This document shows, in pieces, positions 1 through 12,896 of a DNA stretch of 64,000 nucleotides (within the stretch, counting starts at the first letter, position 1; each line of letters opens with the position of its first letter). The position numbers and the translations under genes were made by a program. This DNA comes from Mobula hypostoma (Eukaryota). The stretch spans positions 34,164,001 through 34,228,000 of the forward strand of contig NC_086097.1 in the NCBI RefSeq assembly GCF_963921235.1, written 5' to 3'. The notes under the pieces were generated by a model. The model saw only the letters and a list, made by a program, of their open reading frames with translations. It had not been told where the DNA came from and searched no databases.

Positions 1-1414
1 GCCAACCCTCAAACCCTGCCTCCCATATAACCCCCCCCCCACCTTAAATTCCTCCATATACCTGTCTAGCAGTCTCTTAAATTTCACTGTTGTATCTGCC
101 TCCACCACTGACTCAGGCAGTGCATTCCACGCACCAACCACTCTCTGAGTAAAAAACCTTCCTCTAATATCCCCCTTGAACTTCCCACCCCTTACCTTAA
201 AGCCATGTCCTCTTGTATTGAGCAGTGGTGCCCTGGGAAGAGGTACTGGCTATCCACTCTATCTATTCCTCTTATTATCTTGTACACCTCTATCATGTCT
301 CCTCTCATCCTCCTTCTCTCCAAAGAGTAAAGTCCTAGCTCCCTTAATCTCTGATCATAATGCATACTCTCTAAACCAGGCAGCATCCTGGTAAATCTCT
401 TCTGTACCCTTTCCAATGCTTCCACATCCTTCCTATAGTGAGGTGACCAGAACTGGACACAGCACTCCAAGTGTGGACTAACCAGAGTTTTATAGAGCTG
501 CATCATTACCTCGCGACTCTTAAACTCTATCCCTCGACTTATGAAAGCTAACACCCCATAAGCTTTCTTAACTACCCTATCCATTTGTGAGGCAACTTTC
601 AGGGATCTGTGGACATGTATCCCCAGATCCCTCTGCTCCTCCACACTACCAAGTATCCTACCATTTACTTTGTACTCTGCCTTGGAGTTTGTCCTTCCAA
701 AGTGTACCACCTCACACTTCTCCAGGTTGAACACCATCTGCCACTTCTCAGCCCACTTCTGCATCCTATCAATGTCTCTCTGCAATCTTCGACAATCCTC
801 TACACTATCTACAGCACCACCAACCTTTGTGTCATCTGCAAACTTGCCAACTCACCCTTCTACCCCCACATCCAGGTCGTTAATAAAAATCACGAAAAGT
901 TGAGGTCCCAGAACAGATCCTTGTGGGACACCACTAGTCACGACCCTCCAATCGGAATGTACTCCCTCCACCACGTCCCTCTGCCTTCTTCAGGCAAGCC
1001 AATTCTGAATCCACCTGGCCAAACTTCCCTGGATCCCATGCCTTCTGACTTTCTGAATAAGCCTACCATGTGGAACCTTGTCAAATGCCTTACTAAAATC
1101 CATATAGATCACATCCACTGCACTACCCTCATCTATATGCCTGGTCACCTCCTCAAAGAACCCTATCAGGCTTGTTAGACACGATCTGCCCTTCGCAAAG
1201 CCATGCTGACTGTCCCTGATCAGACCATGATTCTCCAAATGCCCATAGATCCTATCTCTAAGGATCTTTTCCAACAGCTTTCCCACCACAGACGTAAGGC
1301 TCACTGGTCTATAATTACCTGGACTATCCCTACTACCTTTTTTGAACATGGGGACAACATTCGCCTCCCTCCAATCCTCTGGTACCATTCCCGTGGACAA
1401 CAAGGACATAAAGA
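1..1414 (-). mobile_element. CR1-clade LINE, 5'-truncated ORF2 (RT and C-terminus); continues off the window start
   Basis: ORFs 990..1511 (PGNYRPVSLTSVVGKLLE, DFSKAFDKVPH) and 192..785 (KCEVVHFG, LERVQKRFTRMLPG, LERRRMRGD) carry CR1 ORF2 motifs; the frame is broken between them. Confidence 0.93.
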
Positions 1415-1456
1415 TGGGAGTTGAGAAGACAGGAAAAGGCAGGCTTATGTCTAAAG

Positions 1457-1532
1457 CAAGGGTTCCCAACCTGGGGTCTACAGATCCCTTGGTTAATGAC
1501 AAAGGTCCCATAAAAAAAGTTGTGAACCACTG
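1457..1532. mobile_element. 76-bp hAT (Charlie/MER5-like) MITE
   Basis: Imperfect TIRs CAAGGGTTCCCAAC / GTTGTGAACCACTG; 8-bp TSD gtctaaag (1449-1456) / gtctaaaa (1533-1540). Confidence 0.75.
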
Positions 1533-1619
1533 GTCTAAAAGGAAATATACACCTTCTTGGTATATGAAATACAGGACTTGTACATGTACACCTCTTAGGT
1601 GCTAAGGGCTATGCTGTGT

Positions 1620-2240
1620 TCAGGGAAAGGTACAAACCATTGCTAATGCCTATGTTCAATTAAGGTAACTGAGCTGAAGGCATAGCTAGGATTGTTGAAT
1701 TATTTTAACAAATGCTTGTCAATTCTGGCAGTGTTCTAAGCTGGATTACACCAATTGCAATGAATGAATGTGAAATGGAAGTGGACCAAATTTCAAGGAA
1801 AGACTTTATTGCTTTTGAAAGAATAGCTACAGTTTGCTATTAGTACAGTTAGTGCACCATTCTCTGCAAAGAATGTCTCATCTTGTGCACATCATCATGC
1901 AGATTTGGTGCAGTCGTGTTCAAACAGATGGAATACAATACTGAAATGTCAACAATGTCTGCATCCAAAACACTGACAATAGCATGGTAAATATACCCTT
2001 AGCTGCACAAAAGAGGCTTGTCCTCATGTTTTGTGTGCAGTGTGTTCCATAAGTGCTTTTACGGATGTTGCTTCATCTGATTTTCCTTCTCCATGAAATG
2101 AAGCCAGTGCCTTAAATAGGTCTCTACATGTTCAAATATTGGCTTTGACCTTGAGAGCACATGAATAAACTATTTTTTTTGAAACCAGCAAGCACCATGG
2201 AAACACAGATGCTCTTAGTCATCGTCCAATGCCAGGGGCA
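1620..2240 (+). mobile_element. Highly decayed Ty3/Gypsy pol relic (RT thumb/connection and RNase H)
   Basis: Hand translation gives colinear motifs KVQTIANA, VTELKA*LGLLNYFNK, LHQL, VKWKWT, FGAVV, SASKTLT, FHKCFYG, ALTLRAHE, KHHGNTDALSHRP. Confidence 0.75.
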
Positions 2241-3251
2241 ACTGCAGATGAAAGGATACAGGGCCATATGCTGACGACGCATCTTCTGGACACATTGTGG
2301 GAGCTGTGCAGGTTAGACAGCGGACATCAAAAAATCTGGCACGGCTTCAGATAGAGACTAGAAGTACTTTTAAAAAGAGATGTCTTCTGTATTTGAAAGT
2401 CTTTTTAATTAAGCAAATTAACTTGCAAATCATTAACATACTTAATTATTATATATGTATATTTGAACGGATTTTGTTGCTTGTTCTTCTCCAAGCCAGA
2501 AGAGATTAAAAATTTTGGTTAATTATCTTCTGTCACAAATTGAAATTAGAATTTGTTTATTATTGTCAAATGTAGTAAAAAAAAGTCTTTCAAGCCATCC
2601 ACACACTTTATGACCTCAAAACATTTATGTCATTTCACAACATATATAAGTACATTTGAGGTAATGAAAGGGAAAAGCAATGTCTTAAGACCATAAGATA
2701 TAGGAGCAGAATTAGGCCATTTGGCCCATTGAGTCTGATCCGCCATTTCATCATGGCTGATCCATTCTTCCTCTCAGATGCAATCTCCTGCCTTCTCTCT
2801 GTATGCCCTGACCAATAAAGAATCTGTCAAATTCTACCTTAAATATACATAAAGACTTTGCCTTCACAAAATTCCACAGATACACCACTCTCTGGCTAAA
2901 GAAATTTCTCCTTATCTCCGTTCTTAAAGGATGCTCCTCTATTCTGAAACAGTGTCCTCTGATCTTAGACACTACCACCATAGAAAACACCTTCTCCACA
3001 TCCACTCAATCAAGGTCTTTCACCAATCTATAAATTTCAATAAAGTCACCCCTCATTCTTCTGAATTCTGGTGAATTCAGGCCCAGAGCTATCAAATGCT
3101 CTTCATATGACAACCATTCAATCCTGAAACCATTTTCATGAACTTCCTTTGAACCTTCTCCAGTTTCAGCACATCCTTTTTAAGATAAGGTGTCCAAAAC
3201 TGCTGACGATATTCCAAGTGAGGCTTCACCAGTACTTTATAAAGTCTCAAC

Positions 3252-3911
3252 TTTTTCAAGTTCCTGGGTGTCAAGTCCTCTAAGGATCTAACCTGGTCCC
3301 AACATATCAATGCAGTTATAAAGAAGGCAAAACAGCAACTATACATTAGGAGTTTGAAGAGATTTGGTATATCAACAAATACATTCAAAAACTTCTATAG
3401 ATATACCGTGTAGGCATTCTGACAGGCTGCATCACTGTTTGGTATGGGGAGTCTACTGCGCAGGACCAAAAGAAGCTGCAGAGGGTTGTAAATTTAGTCA
3501 GCTCCATCTTGGGTTCTAGCCTACAAAGTACCCAGGACATCTTCAAGGAGTGGTGTCTCAGAAAGGCAGCGTCCATTATTAAGGACCTCCAGCACCCAGG
3601 GCATGTCTTTTTCTCACTGTCACCATCAGGTAGGAGGTACAGAAGCCTGAAGGCACACACTCAGTGATTCAGGAACAGCTTCTTCCCCTCTGCCATCCGA
3701 TTCCTAAATGGACATTGATCCCTTGAACACTACCTCACTTTTTAATATTTTTAATTTCTGGGTTTCTTGCACAATTTTTAATCTATTCAATTATTTATTT
3801 ATTATTACATATTTTTTCTTTTATATTATGTATTGCATTGGACTGCTGCTGTTAGGTTAACAAATTTCATGTCACATGCCGGTGATAATAAACCTGATTC
3901 TGATTCTGATT
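3252..3911 (+). mobile_element. Rex1/Babar 3' fragment inserted in CR1
   Basis: FKFLGV..DLTWS, SFFPSAIRFLN; tail aataaacctgattctgattctgatt; near-identical to 53031-53682. Confidence 0.85.
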
Positions 3912-5505
3912 CCTTGCTTTTATCTTCTAGTCCTCCTGAAATGAATGCTAACATTGCATTTGCCTTCTTCACCGGAGACTCAACCTGCAAATTAACCTTC
4001 AGGGAATCCTGCACGAGGACCCCCAAGTCCCTTTGTGCCTCGGTTTTTAGTACTTTTGCTCCATTTAGAAAATACTCAGCTCCTTTATTTCCTCTATCAA
4101 AGTGCATGACCATACACTTCCCAACACTATATTCCATCTGCCATTTCTTTGCCTATTCTCCTAACCTGTCTGAGACCTTCTGTAGCTTCCGTACTTCCTC
4201 AAAACTACCTGCTCCTCTACCTATCTTCATATCATCTGAAAACTTTGCAAAAAAGGCGTCAATTCCATCATCCAATTCATTGACATATAATGTAAAAAAG
4301 AACTGATCCCAACACAGACCACTGTGGAACACCACGTGTCACCAGCAGCCAGCCAGAAAAGGTTCCCTTTATTCCCACTCTTTGCCTCCTGCCAGTCAGC
4401 TACTGCTTTAACCATGCAAGAATTTTTCCTATAACACCACGGGCTCACAGCTTGTTAAGCAGCCTCATGTGTGGCTCCTTGTCAAAGGCCTTCTGAAAAT
4501 TCAAGTACATAACTTCAACCGATTCTCCTTTGTCTATTCTGTTTGTTATTTCTTCAAAGAACTCCAACAGATTCATCTGGCAAGATTTTCCCTTGAGGAA
4601 ACTATGCTGACTACAGCTTATTTTATCATTTGTCTCCAAGTACCCCGAGACGTCATCCTTAATAATCGACTCCAACATCTTCCCAACCACAGAGGTCAGA
4701 CTAACTGGCCTATAGTTTCCTTTCTTCTGCTCTCTCTCTTCTTGAAGAGTGGAGTGACATATGCAATTTTCCAGTCTTCCAGAATCATTCCAAAATTTAG
4801 TGATTCTTGAAAGATCATTACTAATGCTTCCAGGATCTGTTTAGCCACCTCTTTCAGAACCCTGGGGTGTACACCATCTGGCCCAGGAGACTTATCTACC
4901 TTCAGTTCTTTCAGTTTCCCAAGAACTTTCTCTCTAGTTATGGTAACTTCACACACTTCATTACCCCTGAGACCCAGAACTTCCACTATACTGCTAATGT
5001 CTTTCACAGGGAAGAGTGATGTAAAATACTTATTCAGTTTGCCCTGCCATTTCATTGTCCCTCATTACTACCTCTCTAGCATCATTTTCCAGTGGCCTAA
5101 TATCCACTCTTGCCTCTGCTTTACACTTTATGTATCTGAAGAAACTTTATTTTAATTTTTTTTGCTGAGCATAACAAAACTTTCAGTTTACAGATACATT
5201 TACATTTCTTCCCCTCACAGATATCAGCTATCAGAACACTTCCATCAAAATACAGACATCACCCCAACATCCTATACAAAAGCCCTTATTAGTATAGCAG
5301 ACAGGTTTACATCTACATACTGCAGAAAAGGTTGCCATATTTTATGAAAACTATTTGTATTTGAGTGTACCATACATATCAAAAAGTCCAAAGGAATATA
5401 TTCCATGATTAATTTATGCCAACCAAAAAGTCCAGGGGCCTTATCGGATATCCAACAAAGTAAAATGTTTTTCCTCGTCCAAAAAGTCAAGATGTTAAAA
5501 AGTTT

Positions 5506-8500
5506 TTAATGATGTGAATTAATAATATGACTGCTGGGTAAGCCTAAGAGAAAAGATACTGGGTCCAGTTCAAGCTCCATCTTCAGAATCTTTTCCATTT
5601 CACCCAAAATATCATTCCAGTATGCCTGAAGTTTGGGACAAGTCCAAAAACAGTGGGTGAAAATTCCAGTACTTACTTCACATTTAGAACACATTGGAGA
5701 AACCCCCGTCTTAAATTTTGAGAGAAGATCTGGAGTCAGATGGGCTCTGTGCAGAATTTTGAGTTGCAGTGCTTTAGTTCTATTACAAACTGAACTTTTC
5801 TTTGCATTATCACAGATGTCTTCCCATGTTTCAGCCATAATTTCTACTCCCAGCTCTTCCTCCCAGACCCTTCCCGGCTGAACAAGAACATTCCCTCAGG
5901 ATGCTGTAAAAAGTACTAACGGAGACTTCACCCTTAGAACAAAACACCCTCTTTTCTATGTCGGAACTATAGAAATCAGTTAACAATGATGTCTTTTTCT
6001 GTATATAATCTCTTATCTGAAAGAAATGAAAAAGATCCTCGTTGGGTATGTTAAATTTCTGTACTATTTGACTAAAAGACATCATCGTTCCTTCATCAAA
6101 CAAATTTCCTAGATGGAAAATACCCTTAGAACTCCAAAGTTTAAATCCAGAATCTATTATGCCAGGCAGAAAATCTGGACTGCCGCTTATTGGAGTGAAG
6201 GGTGATATTTTCGCTGCATTGCCCTTAATTTGTCACACCACCCTCCAAGCCCTGACTGTATTAATTGTTATTGGATTGTGACAATATTCCTTAACTAGTT
6301 TCATCTTAGTGAGGAAAAGCAAATGAATAAGAGGGCATTTTGCTTGTGAAGCTTCAATGTCCAGCCAGATTGAGGAGGGATACCTGCAAACCCAGTCAAC
6401 CACATAAGATAAAAAGGAACTTAATTGATATTTTTTGATGTCTGGAAAATCCAGACCTCCTAGACTACTGGGTAGCTGTAACTTAGACATTTTAATACAG
6501 GGTCTTTTTTTGTTTCAGATGAGAGAAACAAACCAGCCATTTATTTTTTTTAAGTATTTGTAGGGTAAAAATAACTGGAATCATTCGTATTGGGTAGAGC
6601 AGACAAGGAAGAAATTTCATTTTGAGCAAGGATATTCGGCCAAGCCAAGAAATGGGAAGAGTGCGCCATCGTTCAAGATCCTGTTTGATTTTGTCAAACA
6701 ACTGTGTAAAGTTACTTTTGAACAATTAATCAAACATAGGTGTGATAAATATGCCTAAGTAAACAAAACCTGTCTGTGACCATTTAAAGGGGAAAGCACC
6801 CTAAGTGTCTGGTACCTGCTGCAGATTCCCCAGAAGCATAGCCTCTGAATTAGTAAAGTTTATTTTATAACCTGAAAAGGCACTAAATGAATTGATGCAC
6901 TGTATAAGGTATAACACACTGATATAGCAGGGTTTGATAAGAAAATTAGAACATTATCCGCATACAATGTAATTTTAGGTGACTTTAGTCCTATGTCTGG
7001 AGTAGATATTTTGGGGTCTCGCCGAATAGTCTCAGCCAATAGCTCGATCACTAGTTTGAAAAGTAGTGGTGGTAAAGGGCAGCCCTGCCTGCTGCCCCTC
7101 AGAATACTAAAATTATCTAACCTAATACCATTAGTTAGAATCACAGCCAAAGGGTCATTATAAAGAACCTTCACCTACTCAATAAAGTTATTGCCCAAAC
7201 CAAATTGTTCTAAAGTGAAAAAATGATATGGCCATTCAACACGATCAAAGGCCTTTTCTGCATCTAAGGAAACCCCCAAGCTGTCCACTGCCTGTTGCTG
7301 ACATCCCTGAATCACATTAAGTAATCTTCTAATAATGTTAGATGATCTACAGCCTTTTACAAAACCTGTCTGATCCTCTTTTATGATAAAAAGTAACACA
7401 GTTTCTAATCGCAATGCTAAGGTTTTAGATAAGATTTTAAAGTCAACATTTAACAATGAAATAGCCCTGTAGGAGGCACAGTCTTCAGGGCTCTTTCCTT
7501 TCTTAAGAATGAGGGAGATATTAGCTTCTCTCAATGATGGTAGGAGGAGACCACAATTAAATGCATAATTGAACATGTTTAGCAGAGGCTCTGATAAAAT
7601 CCCTGTGAACCCTTTATAGAATTCACTAGTGAGTCCATCAGGACCGGGAGCCTTCCCACTTTGGAGCTGTCTCACAGCTTCCTGTGTCTCATGTATAGAT
7701 AGCGGAGCATTGAGGAGGGACTGTTGTTCAGAAGAAATGCCCAAGAAATCTAAATTCCTGAAAAAGGACTCCATCCTAGATTGTCCATCATTACATTGCT
7801 CAGATTGATACAATTTAGAATAAAGATTCTTAAACACAACATTAATCATTGTAGAATTACTAGTGAGTGCTCCTGTCCCATCCCTAATTGAAGCAATAGT
7901 CTGAGAGGCATTTTTCTTTCTAGCTGAATAAGCCAAATATCTACCTGGTTTTTCACCGTGTTCAAACAATTGTTGTTTAGCAAATGTCAATTTTCTTTTG
8001 GCTGCTTGCGTAAGCAAAGAGTTTAGTGTACAGCGTAGGGCTGTAATATTCTGTAGCTTGGCTGCCGAAGGCTTATTAATATAATCCTTTTCAGGTGCCG
8101 CAAGTCTTGCTTCCACTAGGCACTGCTGTTCCGCAGCTTGTTGCTTCTTACTAGCAGAGTAGGAGATAATTAATCCCCTTGCATAGGCCTTAGCAGTTTC
8201 CCAGAGCCTCGATGGACTACTAGTTGATTTGGAATTAATAGACAGGAAAGTTTTAAATTTGAAAGTAAAGTAGTCTATAAGTTTATTATCTTCTAGAATA
8301 AAATGATTCAGCCTTCAATGCCTAGATCGTGCTGAATTATCTTCGGGCTTAATATTTAAATATACCACTGCATGGTCAGAAATAGCGATATTTCTAATTG
8401 TGCAGGATACAACTAAATCTAGGAGTGTTTTGGGGGTTAGAAAAAAGTCTATTCTGGTATAACACTTGTGTGGATTAGACAAAAATGTGAAGTCTTTGTC

Positions 8501-9769
8501 TGAGGGATGTAACAACCTCCAGACATCCACAAGTCCTCGTTCTCCACATAAGTCCATGATCTATTTGGACTGTGAGGGGAGTAATGGGGGACCACTAGGC
8601 ACTCTGTCCATCAATGGGTCCATAGGACAATTAAAATCATCACCTACAATAATGTTTTGTATTGAAAAGCTTGTAAGTTTGGAAAAAGCATCTATTAGGA
8701 ATTTGAGAGGATGAGCTGGAGGGCAGTAAACATTGAGAATACAAGATTCCTCTCTATATATTGAAGCCTTAACAATCACAAAACTCCCATACTTATCCTT
8801 AATGCAGTCTAATTAGATTAGATTATGAGAACACTCAGTCCTCTTTTATTGTCATTTACAAATGCATACATGTATTAAGAAATGATACAATGTTTCTCTG
8901 GAGTGATAGCACAGAAAACAGGACAAACCAAAGACGAACACTGACAGAACCACATAACTATAACATATAGTAACAGCAGTGCAAAGCAATACCATAATTT
9001 GATGAAGAACAAACCATGGGCACGGTAAAAAAAGTCTCGAAGTCCCCGAGTCGATCGACTTCCGAGTCCCCGATAGCAGGCAGCAAAAGGGAGAAACTCC
9101 CTGCCATAAACCTCCAGGCACCGTCAACTTGCCGATGCCTTGGAAGCAGCCGACCACAGCCGACACTGAGTCCGTCCATCCGAAAACTTCAAGCCTCCGA
9201 CCAGCCCCTCCAATACAGCCTCCCGAGCGCCATCCTCTGCCGAATGCCTTCGATCTAGTCCCGGCCACTGAAACAAGCAAAGCCGAGGATTCAGGGCCTT
9301 CTGCTCCGGAGATTCCGGTTACCACACAGTAGCAACGGCAGTGAAGCGGGCATTTCAGAAGTTTTCCAGATGTTCCTCAATACTCTCATGTCCGTCTCCA
9401 TCAAATCAGAATTATGCACAGTCCCCTACTTGACAGATTACAGATATCATTCACCAGAGAGGCCGCGCGCGCTGCCGTCGTGCCACCATCGTCTCCTCCT
9501 TCCTTTTCCAGGAATAATAACTTAAAAGGTAGGTTCTTCCTAATTAAAATGGCCACCCCCCTACGCCTGGTATTAAAAGATGAAAAATAGACTTGATCAA
9601 ATCCACTCTGTTGCAGTTTTAGATGTTCTTTATCATTTAAATGTGTCTCCTGCAATAAGGCTATGTCCACCCTTTCCTTTTTCAGATTTAGTAGGATTTT
9701 CTTTCTCTTGATTGGTGAATGACTCCCCTTAATGTCCCAAGTGCACAATTTTAATGTATTACTGGTCAT
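5506..9769 (-). pseudogene. L1 ORF2 (APE endonuclease, RT, CCHC knuckle); disrupted, and interrupted by an insertion
   Basis: DIALLQETHL, YTRIDFF, SDH, GKAPGPDG, SLDAEKAFDRVEW, GSRQGCPL, LYADNV, CSKC..FTHCFWTC across ORFs 9401..9769 to 5506..5838. Confidence 0.9.
8812..9512 (-). mobile_element. Unnamed ~700-bp non-coding retroelement, copy 1 (Rex1-like 3' end, AATCT tail), inside L1 ORF2
   Basis: The L1 frame NLPFKLL|DCIKDKYGSFVIVKAS resumes across it; homologous to 11674-12308. Confidence 0.8.
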
Positions 9770-10212
9770 AACCCTTTATAACAATCATTTGACTGTGGAG
9801 GAGAAGAAACCTGACTTAAGATCAGCTGAGCAGCAATAAGTGAATTAAAAAAAACACAGAAAAAAACAAAGCGCCAACAGCACTGAACAAGAGGACTTAC
9901 CCTACACTTAAAGGGCATAACTGAACTTTCTAGCACCCCATATTCTGCCCCACTGCCGATATGGCATTTAACATAGTCAAAAATGAAAACAGGACATAAT
10001 TTATCAATCCACCGATTTGTTACCATCATGTTTAAGCCCCTTCAGGCTGGAGCAGCAGCGCTAATTTAAACAAATAATGAAACTATATTAATCAAAACAA
10101 ATATGTTACCCATCCTTTAAGATATCTTGCCATCGAGTAATGAAAAGGTAAAATAAAGTGACCATCAAGCATATTATTGCCCATAACCAGGGCTACACAA
10201 TATATACATTCT

Positions 10213-11052
10213 TTAGCCCAACGTGTCTACGAAAGGTTTAGCCTTGCCAGGAGAATCAAATACCTTGGTGGTCCCGTTGCAGGTGATTTTCAGCACCGCT
10301 GGGTACAACATAAAGTACTGGATTCCGGATTCTCTCAGCCGCTTCTTTACCTGGTCGAATTCCTTGTACTTCCGAATAACGGCCGCCGAAAAATCTTGAA
10401 AAAACATAAGCCTGGATCCCTCCTATATTAAAGCCTGGGCATCAGACCCGTGGCATCTCGAAGCTTCCATCACTCTTTGCTTATCACTGAAATTATGGAA
10501 CTGCACGAGGACAGGTTGAGGGCGTTGGTCTGGGCCCGGTTTTGGAGTCAGCATACGATGAGCTCTTTCCACTTTAATGCGTCCAGCCTTGGTTTCCAAA
10601 TCAAGGAAGTTAGGCATTCAGCCCTCAAAAAGCTTTGCTGGCTGGCTGCCTTCTGTACCTTCAGGTAGACCAATAATCCGTATGTTCTTCCTCCTACCTC
10701 TGTTCTCAAGATCATCGATATCGTCAGACAGGCTTTGAACTTGCTTTTCTAGCGCCTGGATGCGGCTTTGGGCCTGATCAGTTACAGTCTGTACCGTGGA
10801 GACTCGGCCCTTGGCCTCGGTCGTTCTTGTATTAAGATTTCTAAGCTCCAGTGTGTGGTTCTGGAGTGTTAGAGAGAGTGGAGCTAGCTTCTCATCCATC
10901 ATTTTGGATATGTTCTCCATAACTTCCTGAATTACTTGACAAAAAGCAGGGTCCAACGTGTTAGCACAGCTAGCAGCAGCTAACTCTTCAGCCCCGGGCG
11001 AGCGCTTTGTGCAGTCCATCCTGGACGCCTTTTTAGTACTTTTCGATGGCAT
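10213..11052 (-). pseudogene. L1 ORF1 (coiled coil, RRM, CTD), disrupted
   Basis: MPSKSTKK start at 11052; coiled coil; LENRGRRKNIRIIGLPEG; KVERAHR; FFQDFS; MLYPAVLKI. Confidence 0.88.
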
Positions 11053-11205
11053 GGTCTTGAAGCAGCTCAAAAAAAAATACTCATCAATGTTCATGCTATT
11101 AAATCCGACACTTGGGCATTTAAAAAAAGTTGGAATGGATAGGTTTATATGCGAAATTATCAGTGTTGCGGTGTTGAGCTCAGCGAGCAGACCCCTCACT
11201 GCACC

Positions 11206-11215
11206 CGCCATCTTG
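11206..11215 (-). promoter_or_regulatory. YY1-type motif (CAAGATGGCG) at the L1 5' end, putative internal promoter
   Basis: cgccatcttg on +, lying 10 bp inside the TSD-defined 5' end; similar position to the YY1 site of mammalian L1. Confidence 0.6.
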
Positions 11216-11673
11216 AAAAACCCCTTGAAGAAACTTTTGGCATCATCTTTAATACTATTGGCTGACTTACTTTCATATTCCATCTTTTTCTTTTGACTTT
11301 TCTTGTTGCCTTCTGTTCATTTTTAAAGCTTCCCAATCCTCTAACTTCCTACTGATTTTTGCTCTATTATATGCCCTCTCTTTGGCTTTTATGTTGGCTT
11401 TGAATTTTCTTGTCAGCCATGGTTGTATCATCTTTCTTTTGGAATATTTCTTTCTCTTTGGGATGTATATATTCTGTGCCTTCCGAATTGCTTCCAGAAA
11501 TTCCAGACATTGCTGCTCTGCCATCATCCCTGCCAGTGTTCTTTTCCAATCAAATCTTGCCAACTCCTCTCTCATGCCTCTGTAATTCCTTTTACTCTGC
11601 TTTAATACTGATACATCTGACTTTAGCTTCTCCTTCTCAAATTTCTGACTGAATTCAATCATATTATGATCAC

Positions 11674-12308
11674 TTAGATTAGATTATGAAGACACGCAGT
11701 CCTCTCTTATTGTCGCTTAGTAATGCATGCATTAAGAAATGATACATTATTCCTCCGGTGTGATATCACAAAACACAGGACAGACCACGACTGAAAAAAC
11801 TGACAAAACCACATAATTATAACATACCGTTACAACAGAGCAACAACACCATAACTTGATGAAAAGTCCATGAGCACAGTAAAAGTTCAACGTCTCTCAA
11901 ATGTCCCACATCTCACGCAGACGGGAGAAGGAAGAAAAACTCTCCCTGCCATGCCGACCACAGTCCGACTCTGAGTCATCCGAAAACTTCGAGCTCTGAT
12001 CAGCTCTCCGACACCGAGTACTGAGCGCCATCTCTGTCCGAACGATTTGACCTCGATCTCGGTTGCCAACAGCAGGCAAAGCCGGGGATTTTGAGGCCTA
12101 CTCTCTGAAAGATTCTCGACCACGCAGTAACAACAGCAGTGAACGAGCGTTCCAGAAATTTCTCCAGATGTTCCTCTGTACTTTCACATCCCTCTCCATC
12201 AAATCAGAATTGTTCACGGCCCCTATTTAACGGATATGATATCATTTTTCACCGGAGGGCTGCGCACTCACGGTGTGCTGCTATCTCTCCTCGCGCCATG
12301 GACAATAA
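11674..12308 (-). mobile_element. Unnamed non-coding retroelement, copy 2, inside the CR1 endonuclease region
   Basis: Same tail (acaataagagaggactgcgtgtcttcataatctaatct) and shared blocks such as aattctgatttgatggaga and gaggaacatctgga; CR1 frame EPLGES|DHNMIEF resumes; possible 4-bp TSD aagt. Confidence 0.8.
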
Positions 12309-12896
12309 ACTTTCCCCTAGGGGTTCTTTTACTTTGAGTTCCCTAATCAATTTTGGTTCATTGCACAACACCCAATCTAGAATAGCTGATCCCCTATTGA
12401 GCTCAAACACGAGCTGCTCTAAAAATTCATCTCGTAGGCACTCTAGAAATTCTTCCTCCTGGAATCCAGCACCAACCTGAATTTTCCAATCTACCTGCAT
12501 ATTGAAATTGCCCTTTTGCATGTATTTTCTATCTCCCATTGTAATTTGTAGGCCACATCTTTACTACTGTTTGGAGGTCTGTTTACAACTCCCATCAGGG
12601 TCTTTTTACTCTTGCAGTTTCTTAGCTCTATCCATAATGATTCAACACCTTCTGACCTTATGTCACCTCTAATGATTTGATTTCATTTTTTACCAACAGA
12701 GCAACTCCGCCCCCTCTGCCTACCTGCCTGTCCTTTTGTTACAATGTGTGTCCTTAGATATTAAACTCCCAGCTGTAATCTTCTTTCAGCCATGATTCAG
12801 TGATACAACATCATACCTGCCAATCTGCAACTGTGCCTCAAGTTTATCTACCTCATTCCATACACTGCACGCATTCAGCTATAACACCTTCAGTCG

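Larger units (their letters stand above)
5149..11225 (-). mobile_element. Full-length decayed L1-clade LINE with ORF1 and ORF2
   Basis: 12-bp TSD tgaagaaacttt (5137-5148 / 11226-11237); A-rich tail at 5149-5163; 5' GGGG..CAAGATGGCG; ORF1 LENRGRRKNIRIIGLPEG; ORF2 endonuclease, RT and CCHC motifs. Confidence 0.93.

Noticed and set aside
176..1605. Plus-strand ORFs up to 189 aa (likewise 3833..4306, 13589..13879, 38829..39122)
   Set aside because: Antisense shadows of CR1 coding sequence
8852..9325. 157-aa ORF in the unnamed element
   Set aside because: No matching ORF is evident in the second copy and no motif is recognisable; GC-rich sequence readily gives open frames
10618..11283. 221-aa ORF apparently fusing CR1 and L1 sequence
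   Set aside because: Chance read-through from CR1 ORF2 across the TSD and L1 5' UTR; the likely ORF1 start is 11052
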